Assembly (NCBI GenBank): GCA_963769425.1
Contig: CAVYLP010000006.1
Span: 768,001-832,000 of the forward strand
Direction of reading: 5' to 3'
DNA length: 64,000 nt
Source: Candidatus Bathyarchaeota archaeon
GTDB lineage: Archaea; Thermoproteota; Bathyarchaeia; TCS64
The notes beneath the pieces were generated by a model. The model did not search any database. It saw nothing but the letters and a program-made list of their open reading frames with translations, and was not told the origin of the DNA. Below, in pieces: positions 9,146 through 17,470 of this stretch (within the stretch, counting starts at the first letter, position 1; each line of letters begins with the position of its first letter). The position numbers and the translations under genes are program-made.

Positions 9146-10890
9146 GGCTACCGACGCGCGTATTGACGGCAGATCTGACGGCCCGACGATTCATGGTCGA
9201 AGACCGCGCAGACCTCTTCCAGTACTACATCGGCGGCTCAGGCGTCGCCATCAACCTGCTCAAGGAGAACTGCCCCGTTGGGGCTGACCCGCTTGGTCCG
9301 GATAATCCAATCGTCTTCGCCGTTGGCCCCCTCGTAGGGCTCTACCCACTCGCATCGAAGACTGTGGCGATGTTTAAGTCGCCTCTCACGGGGAACCTCG
9401 GCGAGAGCCACGCCGGCGGGCGAAGCGCCGTGGCGATAAGGTCCGCCGGCTACGGCGCCATCGTGATCAAAGGCGCCAGTGAGTCCCCCGTCTACCTCTC
9501 GATCGACGATAAGGGCGTCCAGTTCAGGGACGCATCTGGCATCTGGGGGATCGCGAGCACAGTCACCACGGGTAGGGTAATAAGGGAACTTGAGGCAGGC
9601 GCGGGGACGCGGACAATAATGCGGATCGGTGGAGCTGGGGAGCATCTCGTCAGGTACGCGAGCGTCACGACCGAGACTTACCGCCACTTCGGGCGCCTCG
9701 GACTCGGCGCCGTCTTCGGCAGCAAGAAGCTGAAGGCCGTCACCGTCTCCGGAAACCACGGCATCGAGGTAAGCGACAGGAAGCTCTACCGCGAGACCTA
9801 CGACGACATCTACAAGCGGGCCGTCGAGTCCCCCGTAATGAAAAAGTACCACGACATAGGCACCGCTTCGAACATCATGCCCCTCAACCTGCAGAAAGGG
9901 CTCCCTACGATGAACCTCAAGACGACTACGTCCACAGAGGCGGAACACATCTCGGGGGAGAAGCTCGCCGAGAACTACCTAGGGCGCCGAGTCGCCTGCG
10001 CCCACTGCCCCGTCGCCTGCATCCACATCGCTGCCCTACGCGAGCCCTACGAGAAGGAGCCCTACTTCTACAAGACAACGATGATACCTTACGATTACGA
10101 GCTAATCTACGGCCTCGGCTCGATGGTCGGCGTCTTCGACGAGAAGGCGATGCTCCACCTCATAGACGCCGTCGAGATCTGGGGGCTGGACGCGATGAGT
10201 ACCGGCGTTGTGCTAGCATGGGCCACAGAGGCGCAGGAGAAGGGGCTGATAACCCAGGACGAGACCCTAGGGCTCACCATGAAGTTCGGGGACGAGCCCG
10301 CCTACGCGAAAGCAGTTGAGTACATAGTGAAGCAGCCGAACGAGTTCTACTCCGCGCTGGCGAAGGGCGTCGACTTCGCCTCTAAACGCTACGGTGGTGA
10401 GGACTATGCCCTTGCCTTCGGGGGGAATGAGATGCCCGGGTACCACACGGGGCCCGTCAGCCACGTTGGCCACCTAACAGGCAGCCGCCACAGCCACCTC
10501 GACGCCGCCGGGTACAGCGTTGACCAGGCCGCCCTTAAGGACAAGCTCCCCGATCCGAAGGCCGCCGCCGCAAAGCTTCTGAAAGAGGAGGCCTGGCGCC
10601 AGATACTCAGCAGCCTAGTAATATGCTTCTTCGCGAGAGGAATCTACGACAAAGACACTATCGCGAAGGCCCTCACAACCGCGGGGCATAAGATCGCCCC
10701 CGAGGCCCTCGAGGGGATAGGAATGCAGATTCTTCGGGAGAAGAACCGCTTCAAGGAGAGGGAGGGGTTCAATGCGAAGAAGCTTAGGATCCCGGGGCGG
10801 ATCTTCGAGACCGACTCCCCGCTCGGCAAGATCGACGAGAAGTACCTGCGCGAGTCCGTGGAGGAGTTCTACAGACTCCTCTACGCCTAG
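9142..10890 (+). CDS. aor: Aldehyde:ferredoxin oxidoreductase family tungstoenzyme
   Basis: KSPLTG..GESHAGG, GRLGLGAVFGSKKLKA, CAHCPVAC, GLDAMSTG; GTG start at 9142. Confidence 0.9.
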   Translation: MRLPTRVLTADLTARRFMVEDRADLFQYYIGGSGVAINLLKENCPVGADPLGPDNPIVFAVGPLVGLYPLASKTVAMFKSPLTGNLGESHAGGRSAVAIRSAGYGAIVIKGASESPVYLSIDDKGVQFRDASGIWGIASTVTTGRVIRELEAGAGTRTIMRIGGAGEHLVRYASVTTETYRHFGRLGLGAVFGSKKLKAVTVSGNHGIEVSDRKLYRETYDDIYKRAVESPVMKKYHDIGTASNIMPLNLQKGLPTMNLKTTTSTEAEHISGEKLAENYLGRRVACAHCPVACIHIAALREPYEKEPYFYKTTMIPYDYELIYGLGSMVGVFDEKAMLHLIDAVEIWGLDAMSTGVVLAWATEAQEKGLITQDETLGLTMKFGDEPAYAKAVEYIVKQPNEFYSALAKGVDFASKRYGGEDYALAFGGNEMPGYHTGPVSHVGHLTGSRHSHLDAAGYSVDQAALKDKLPDPKAAAAKLLKEEAWRQILSSLVICFFARGIYDKDTIAKALTTAGHKIAPEALEGIGMQILREKNRFKEREGFNAKKLRIPGRIFETDSPLGKIDEKYLRESVEEFYRLLYA

Positions 10891-11207
10891 GGCTTCTCTA
10901 TGTGAAAGATTTCCCGCAGCTCCTCGGATACTGGGCTGTTGTCCTGGTTTGACGGCATCAGCTCCCTCATGTGGGTCCACCAGCTCCTACAGATTGGCGT
11001 CCTCGAAACCGCGTCCCACTGAGCTTCATTCTCGAACTCGACGTAGGCGAAGAGTTGTCTAGTCGATGGGTGGAGGAAGATGGAGTAGGTGTGGACGCCG
11101 TGGTCCCTGAGGGTTTTCTCAAGCTCGGGCCAGATGGGTGTGTGCCTCCTCTCGTACTCGGCCTCGCAGCTGGGGTAGATACTCATCACGAACGCTTTCC
11201 TGATCAT
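10887..11207 (-). CDS. rhaM: L-rhamnose mutarotase
   Basis: MIRKAFVM...EYERRH.PIWPEL...YSIFL...WW..M...NSPVS; catalytic His retained. Confidence 0.9.
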   Translation of the reverse strand: MIRKAFVMSIYPSCEAEYERRHTPIWPELEKTLRDHGVHTYSIFLHPSTRQLFAYVEFENEAQWDAVSRTPICRSWWTHMRELMPSNQDNSPVSEELREIFHIEKP

Positions 11208-11217
11208 TCCAAGCCCC

Positions 11218-11712
11218 CTAAAGGTCTAGTATCTTCGCAGTGGGTCCATTTGTGTCTAGCACTGCGAAGCTGCTCCTCCCCGTGACGTATCCGCAGACCT
11301 CCCCCGGATTCACGACGAGGGTTGTGCTCCTATTCTCCACCTTCGCCTTGTGATCGTGCCCGTGGACGACGGCGTCGTAGCTGCCGTGTGAGATGATGGA
11401 GCGGAGGAGTGTGTCATCGTGGCCATGGAGTAGGGCGATCCTCCTCCCGCCAGCCTCCACCTCGGCGAAGTTGCCCACAATATCCTTCCCGACCTCGGCG
11501 TAGACCTCCCTGAGTTTCTCCCTCTCGGCGCAGTTGTTGCCATAGACGCCGATCATTTTCGCCTTCAACTCGGAGTAGGGCTTCGCCGTGAATGGGCTGA
11601 TGTAGTCCCCCGCGTGGAGAACAAGGTCAACCTCTAACTCGTCGAGTCGGCGTATCGCCTCCCTTATCTTCGGGACGTTGTCGTGTGTGTCCGATATCAG
11701 ACCGAGGCGCAT
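11218..11712 (-). CDS. YfcE/MJ0936-family metallophosphoesterase
   Basis: SDTHD, HAGD, GNN, HG, HGH.H, NPGE motifs. Confidence 0.9.
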   Translation of the reverse strand: MRLGLISDTHDNVPKIREAIRRLDELEVDLVLHAGDYISPFTAKPYSELKAKMIGVYGNNCAEREKLREVYAEVGKDIVGNFAEVEAGGRRIALLHGHDDTLLRSIISHGSYDAVVHGHDHKAKVENRSTTLVVNPGEVCGYVTGRSSFAVLDTNGPTAKILDL

Positions 11713-13145
11713 CAGTCCTTCCTCCCCGCGTGGTAGAGGATATCCCTGACCCTGAGTATCTCGAGGGTGCTTGTGCGCCCCGGCGCCTCGAGTGTAGAGC
11801 CGGAGACAATCATGATGATGTCGGGCTCCCTGATCATTCCGTCCCTCAGCGCCCTGTTGACGGCTCGGATTATGAGTTCGTCCCTGTCATCGCTCCACTG
11901 GACGTCCAGTGGCTCGACTCCCCAATAAAGTCGGGTCCTCCTCGCAATCTTCGCCTCACGGACGACGGCTAGGATACGGGCGGATGGGCGGTACTTGCTG
12001 ACCATGAGGGTCGTGAAGCCGCTGCGCGTCACTGTGAAGATGGCCGCCGGCTTCACCGACTCAACAGCCTGGGAGGCGAGGCTGCCTATTATCTCGGGTA
12101 TGGGTTGCCCCTCCCTAGGCCTCTGGGCCTTTCTAAGTGTACCCCCCGCCTCGACTACACGGCTGATGCTCTCCATGATCCGCACCGCCTCTATTGGGTG
12201 GGCGCCCGTCGCCGTCTCTTCGCTTAGCATCACCGCGTCTGCGCCATCGAGGATAGCGTTGGCGACGTCACTGGCCTCCGCCCGAGTAGGGCGTGGGTTC
12301 TCGACCATCGACTCAAGCATCTGCGTCGCCACGATGACGGGCCTACCAGTCTCGTAGCACTTGGCGATGATCTTCTTTTGGAGCAGAGGGATGTCCCAGG
12401 GGGGCACCTCGATGCCGAGGTCGCCGCGCGCAATCATAACGCCGTCGCTTGTGTCTATTATCTCGTCGATATTCGTGATGGCTTCGCCGTGCTCTATTTT
12501 ACTGATGACTGGCTGGTCTCCCCCGGCCTCCTTAATGGCCTCCTTTACTGTTTCCACATCTTTCTTATTCCTGATGAAAGAGGCTGCGAACCAGTCGGCG
12601 CCGACCTGTACTCCGAACTCGATGCCCTTCACGTCCTGCTCCGTCGGGGGGTGGATGCTGAGGCTCGCACCTGGGACGTTGACACCCTTGTGGCTGCTCG
12701 CCTCGCCGCCACTGGCGACCTTCGCCTCGAATCCCTTGAAGTCGCCATCCACCTTGATTATGTCAAGCTCGATGAGGCCGTCGTTGATAAAGATGTGGCC
12801 CCCGGGGCGGACTTCGGCTGGGAGCTTATCGTAGTTGACCGGGAGCGTTAGGCCCTCCCCGACGACGTTCTCCGTCGTGAACCTGACGTTGTCCCCCGCC
12901 TTCAGCTGGATGGGCTCCTTAAGCTCCCCGATCCTTATCTTTGGGCCAGGGAGGTCAACTAGGACGGCGACATTCCCTAGGCTCCTGATGGCGCGTATTG
13001 TGTTGCGGTGGTCGTCGAAGCTCCCGTGGCTCAGGTTGACCCTCGCCACATCCATCCCTGCCGCGGCCATCTCCTTCAGGATATCCGGCCTCCTGCTCGC
13101 CGGGCCGATGGTGCAGACTATCTTGCTCCTGACGTAGCCGTCCAT
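11712..13145 (-). CDS. pyk: Pyruvate kinase (probably K+-independent type)
   Basis: KIVCTIGPAS, NLSHG, DLPGPKIR (Lys at the K+-site position), ARGDLG, ATQMLESM, RPTRAEASDV. Confidence 0.97.
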   Translation of the reverse strand: MDGYVRSKIVCTIGPASRRPDILKEMAAAGMDVARVNLSHGSFDDHRNTIRAIRSLGNVAVLVDLPGPKIRIGELKEPIQLKAGDNVRFTTENVVGEGLTLPVNYDKLPAEVRPGGHIFINDGLIELDIIKVDGDFKGFEAKVASGGEASSHKGVNVPGASLSIHPPTEQDVKGIEFGVQVGADWFAASFIRNKKDVETVKEAIKEAGGDQPVISKIEHGEAITNIDEIIDTSDGVMIARGDLGIEVPPWDIPLLQKKIIAKCYETGRPVIVATQMLESMVENPRPTRAEASDVANAILDGADAVMLSEETATGAHPIEAVRIMESISRVVEAGGTLRKAQRPREGQPIPEIIGSLASQAVESVKPAAIFTVTRSGFTTLMVSKYRPSARILAVVREAKIARRTRLYWGVEPLDVQWSDDRDELIIRAVNRALRDGMIREPDIIMIVSGSTLEAPGRTSTLEILRVRDILYHAGRKD

Positions 13146-13214
13146 ATTCCTTCATGGCATCTATCGGACGCTGGGTTCTTATCCTCTGCGCCTAGGATAC
13201 CGTGGGGCTCAAGT

Positions 13215-13775
13215 TTGCGCTGCGCCGTGATCCTGCACGCACCCATTGGGGGAGGGAAGACGACCACTGCCAGAACAGTGGCTGAGAGGGCTCTGGCCGA
13301 GGGTTTGAAGGTTATGGGGATTCTGAGTCTACGCGTCATAGAGGGTGGTGAATTCCCAAGCTATGATCTATTGGAAATGGACACCAACGAGACGACGCCC
13401 CTCGTGAAGCCGGTTGAGGAGGCCTCGGGTGAGGGATGGGATTCCTTTGGCAATCCGCACTTCGTCTTCTCAAGGAAGGGCCTCTACTCTGCGAATCTCG
13501 CCCTCCACAGGGCGGCGGAGGAGATGAAGGACGGTGTCGTCGTCTTCGTGGACGAGTACGGCAGGCTCGAGTCGCAGCATAAGGGGATATACCCGGGGGC
13601 CGTAATGGTCGCCGATGGCCTGAAACGGGGTGGAGTTGCGATCTTCCTCTGCCGCGAGGACAAGGTCGATGAGGTCGCCGAACTCGTGAAGGGCAAGGCT
13701 TCCAGGGTCTTCAACATCGAGGCTGGGGACTCCGACGCGCTGCTTCGAATAATCCGCGGCTGCTCCAACCTGTAG
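13215..13775 (+). CDS. Small P-loop NTPase (NTPase_1/THEP1 or DUF2478-like)
   Basis: Walker A APIGGGKTT, Walker B VFVDEYGRLE; TTG start inferred. Confidence 0.7.
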   Translation: MRCAVILHAPIGGGKTTTARTVAERALAEGLKVMGILSLRVIEGGEFPSYDLLEMDTNETTPLVKPVEEASGEGWDSFGNPHFVFSRKGLYSANLALHRAAEEMKDGVVVFVDEYGRLESQHKGIYPGAVMVADGLKRGGVAIFLCREDKVDEVAELVKGKASRVFNIEAGDSDALLRIIRGCSNL

Positions 13776-13811
13776 ACTCTAAATACACCTTCATCGCTTA
13801 CCAGTATACGG

Positions 13812-16136
13812 TTGGCGCCCATGGAATACGATAGGATTCTCAGCGACCTCCTCCACAGGGACGAATACCTGTTGGTGGGGAAGAGGACGGTTCGCTCCGA
13901 CGCCCTAGATAAGCTCCTCGGGAAGGCGAAGTTCACCTCCGACTACATCCCCAGGGGCACTATGGTTGTGAAGGTCGTGCGGAGCACGGTGCCCCACGCA
14001 CTGCTTAAGCGGGTGGACACATCCGCGGCCCTGCGGATGCCGGGTGTCGTGGCCGTCCTCACCGCGAGGGATGTCCCCGGTGAAAACGAGATAGGGTACG
14101 CGCTCCCCGAGCAGGCGTTCCTCAATGGTGTGAAGGTCCACTACGTCGGTGACCCCATCGCACTCGTCTGCGCAGTGGACGACGTGACTGCCCAGGAGGC
14201 GGCCGAGGCCGTGGTAATAGAATACGAGCCGCTGCCCGCGGTCCTCGACATCGATGCGGCACTCGCTGACGGGGCGCCGGTGATACACAAGGACAACAAC
14301 ATCGCCGTGACCACGAAGATCAGGAAGGGCGACACGGTGAAGGGATGGAAGGAGGCCAGTGTCGTCGTCGAGGACACCTACTGGTCGCCTTACCAGGAGC
14401 ACATGTGCCTCGAGCCCGAAGCCGCTTACGCTGTCCCAGACGGTGAAGGCAAGGTAACCGTTATAGCCTGTATGCAGAGCCCTCACCTCGTCAGAGATAA
14501 GGTGGCTAGGGTCCTAGGTTGGAAGCTCAACCAGGTCAGGATCATTCAGGCGCTAACGGGCGGCGCATTCGGGAAGAAGGACGACACGGGACCACTGATC
14601 AGCGCGTACGCCGCAATCGCAGCCGTGAAGACGGGTAAACCCGCTGCGTATATAATGGACCGCAGCGAAGTTGTGGCTGTAACCCCTAAGCGCTTCCCGG
14701 TCCGATTCAAGTACAAGTCCGGCGCTGATAGGAATGGGAAGATGACGGCCGTAGAGGTCGATATCACTCTCGAGGTCGGTGCCTACGCTAACAGAGCTCC
14801 ATTCTGGCTATGGAGGCAAACCGCTCACGCCTGCGGCCCCTATGAAGTTCCAAACGTTGCCGTCGACGGACGCGCCGTCTACACCAACAAAGTCTACGGC
14901 GGTAGCTACCGTGGCTTCGGCAATCTTGCCCTCCACTTCGCCGCGGAACAGCAGGTCGACAAGCTCGCCATCGAATTAGGTATGGATCCCGTCGACTTCC
15001 GCATGAAGAACATCCTCAGGATAGGAGGACACACGACTTGCGACCAGCTACTCGACAACAGCGTCGGTATCGACAAGTGCCTTGAAGGCGTCGCCGCAGC
15101 CTCCGACTGGGCTAAGCATAGAGAGCCGGTCCGCATCGGATCGAAGGTTAGGGGTTGGGGCGTCGGCTGCGCCTACCACGGCAACAGCACAAGCCGCAGC
15201 ACCCCGGACTGGAGCGCCGCGGCCCTCATGATACACGAGGACGGAAGCCTCACCTACCGCACGGGGATATGCGAGATAGGTCAGGGCAGCCCCTTCGGCC
15301 ACGCCAAGATAGTCGCTGAGATCATCGGCGCCGACATCGAAACCATCAAGATAGAGCAGCCCGACACCGACACTACCCCCGACTCTAAGCCGACGCACGG
15401 CAGCCGAGGCCTAATGATGGGGGGTACCGCCGCCGCTGATGCGGCCATCCAGCTCAGGGAGCGGATCGTCCGCGTGTCCGCCGACATGCTCGGCTGCCCC
15501 GAGGCGCAGGTAGAGCTACGCGACAGCCAGGCCTACAACAAGAAGAAGCCCACCGTGAAGATACCATTCGCGGAGATCGCGGAGCAGATGCACATCAGGG
15601 GCGAGAACCCCGGCAGCTACGGCTTCTACACCTCCCCGAGGAGGTTCTTCGACCCCGAGACGGGCCTCGGGCACAACTACGCCGTCTACACCTTCGCCGC
15701 CTCGGTGGCGGAGGTCGAGGTCGACACGGAGACGGGGCAGATTGAGGTCACGAAGATCTGGCCCGCGATGGACGTCGGGAAGGCGATCGACCCACTCATC
15801 GTCGACGGGCAGATACACGGCGCCATCAGCCACGGTGTCGGCTTCGCCATAATGGAGAACCTGCAGCTCAGGGACGGCGTCGTCACCACCACCGGCTTCA
15901 AGGACTACATAATCCCCTCGGCCCTCGATACGCCTGAGATTGACGACACCATCATCGTCGAGGAGGCGTACAAGCACGCGGCCTTCGGCGCGAAGGGCGT
16001 CGGCGAGCCGAGCATAATCAGCATAGTCCCCGCCGTCGTCAACGCCATAACCCACGCGACTGGCATCAGGTTCAACACGATCCCCATAACGCCGGATCGC
16101 ATGCACAAGGCGCTAAAGGAGGCTGGCAAGTGTTGA
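13812..16136 (+). CDS. Xanthine dehydrogenase-family molybdopterin-binding (large) subunit, trimer 1
   Basis: RSTVPHA, QEH..LEP, GGAFG, YRGFG, EIGQG, THGSRG, KGVGEP. Confidence 0.92.
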   Translation: MAPMEYDRILSDLLHRDEYLLVGKRTVRSDALDKLLGKAKFTSDYIPRGTMVVKVVRSTVPHALLKRVDTSAALRMPGVVAVLTARDVPGENEIGYALPEQAFLNGVKVHYVGDPIALVCAVDDVTAQEAAEAVVIEYEPLPAVLDIDAALADGAPVIHKDNNIAVTTKIRKGDTVKGWKEASVVVEDTYWSPYQEHMCLEPEAAYAVPDGEGKVTVIACMQSPHLVRDKVARVLGWKLNQVRIIQALTGGAFGKKDDTGPLISAYAAIAAVKTGKPAAYIMDRSEVVAVTPKRFPVRFKYKSGADRNGKMTAVEVDITLEVGAYANRAPFWLWRQTAHACGPYEVPNVAVDGRAVYTNKVYGGSYRGFGNLALHFAAEQQVDKLAIELGMDPVDFRMKNILRIGGHTTCDQLLDNSVGIDKCLEGVAAASDWAKHREPVRIGSKVRGWGVGCAYHGNSTSRSTPDWSAAALMIHEDGSLTYRTGICEIGQGSPFGHAKIVAEIIGADIETIKIEQPDTDTTPDSKPTHGSRGLMMGGTAAADAAIQLRERIVRVSADMLGCPEAQVELRDSQAYNKKKPTVKIPFAEIAEQMHIRGENPGSYGFYTSPRRFFDPETGLGHNYAVYTFAASVAEVEVDTETGQIEVTKIWPAMDVGKAIDPLIVDGQIHGAISHGVGFAIMENLQLRDGVVTTTGFKDYIIPSALDTPEIDDTIIVEEAYKHAAFGAKGVGEPSIISIVPAVVNAITHATGIRFNTIPITPDRMHKALKEAGKC

Positions 16137-17005
16137 AACAACTCACAGGATTCGATCTGTTGCGTCCACCAACCCTAGTCGGCGCGCTTGAGATGATGTC
16201 TGCCCTAGACGACGCTATGCCGATCGCAGGTGGCACGGATATCGTGCCCGCCTTCCGAGACCTAGGCCCGAAGTCCGTCCACCTCATCGACCTCGGCCTC
16301 ATCGAGGAACTCAACGGCATCGAGGAGGAGGACGGCAGGATACTCATCGGCCCGACGACGACCCACGCCCAGATACTGGCGTCGAAGCTAGTAGAGGAGG
16401 CGGCGCCTGCACTCCACGACGCTGCACGATGGATCGGGAGTGTCCAGATCAGGAACAGGGGCACCATCGGTGGGAACCTATGCAACGCGTCGCCAGCGGC
16501 AGACTCGGCTCCGCCGCTCCTCGTACACGACGCGGAGGCGCATATCTGCAGCCTCGAAGAGGGGCACTGGATACCTCTCCAGGAGCTTTTCAAGGGGCCG
16601 AAGATGACGGTTCTGGAGAAGAACGAGATACTCGGAGGCCTCAGGTTCCCCGCGGTGAAGGGGGCTGGGAGCAGCTTCCAGCGCATAGGAAGGCGTAAGG
16701 GGTTCACACTGAGCGTCGTGAACGCCGCGGTCTACGCGGAGCGGGACGGCGACAAGCTTAAGGAGGTAAGAATAGCCCTCGGCAGCGTCGCCCCGACCCC
16801 CCTACGTGCGCCAGCAGTCGAAAACAAGATCAGGGGAAATAAGATGAGTGAGGATTTAATCGAGGAAGCGGCGGCCGCCTCCGTCGAAGTAGCGAAACCT
16901 ATAGACGACGTAAGGGGCACCGCCGAGTACCGCAGGGACATGGTGGGCGTGCTCGTCAAGCGCGCCATGCGCGAGGCGTGGCGGCGCACCGGAGGTGAGC
17001 TCTGA
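16130..17005 (+). CDS. Xanthine dehydrogenase-family FAD (medium) subunit, trimer 1
   Basis: AGGTD, QIRNRGTIGGNLCNASPAAD, PIDDVRGTAEYR. Confidence 0.92.
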   Translation: MLKQLTGFDLLRPPTLVGALEMMSALDDAMPIAGGTDIVPAFRDLGPKSVHLIDLGLIEELNGIEEEDGRILIGPTTTHAQILASKLVEEAAPALHDAARWIGSVQIRNRGTIGGNLCNASPAADSAPPLLVHDAEAHICSLEEGHWIPLQELFKGPKMTVLEKNEILGGLRFPAVKGAGSSFQRIGRRKGFTLSVVNAAVYAERDGDKLKEVRIALGSVAPTPLRAPAVENKIRGNKMSEDLIEEAAAASVEVAKPIDDVRGTAEYRRDMVGVLVKRAMREAWRRTGGEL

Positions 17006-17470
17006 TGGTTAACTTCGAGCTCAACGGCGCCGACGTCACCGTCGAGGCGCCAGCGACGATGACTCTCCTCGACATGCTCCGCGTCGAGCTAGGCGTGAAG
17101 AGCGTGAAGAAGGGCTGCGAGCAGGGTGAGTGCGGGGCCTGCACAGTGCTGATCGACGGCTACCCTATGACTTCGTGCATAATCCTCGCCCCCCAGGTCG
17201 AGGGGCGCCATGTCTGCACCGTCGAGGGGCTCGTCGATAGCCCGTTGATGAAGGAGCTTCGGGAGGCCTTCATGGAGAACGGCGCCGTCCAGTGCGGCTT
17301 CTGCACACCGGGAATGCTGTCTGAGCGCATATGCGCTACTCAGCGAGAACAGGCACCCCACCGAGGAGGAGGTCAAGACGGCAATAGAGGGGAATATCTG
17401 CCGATGCACGGGGTACGTCGCTATTCTCGAGGCGATTCTCGACGCGGCTGAGCGCATAGCCCCCGACTAA
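17005..17470 (+). CDS. Xanthine dehydrogenase-family 2Fe-2S (small) subunit, trimer 1 (frameshift near 17320)
   Basis: CEQGECGACTV and QCGFCTPG; after the frameshift GNICRCTGY...ERIAPD* at 17470. Confidence 0.88.
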
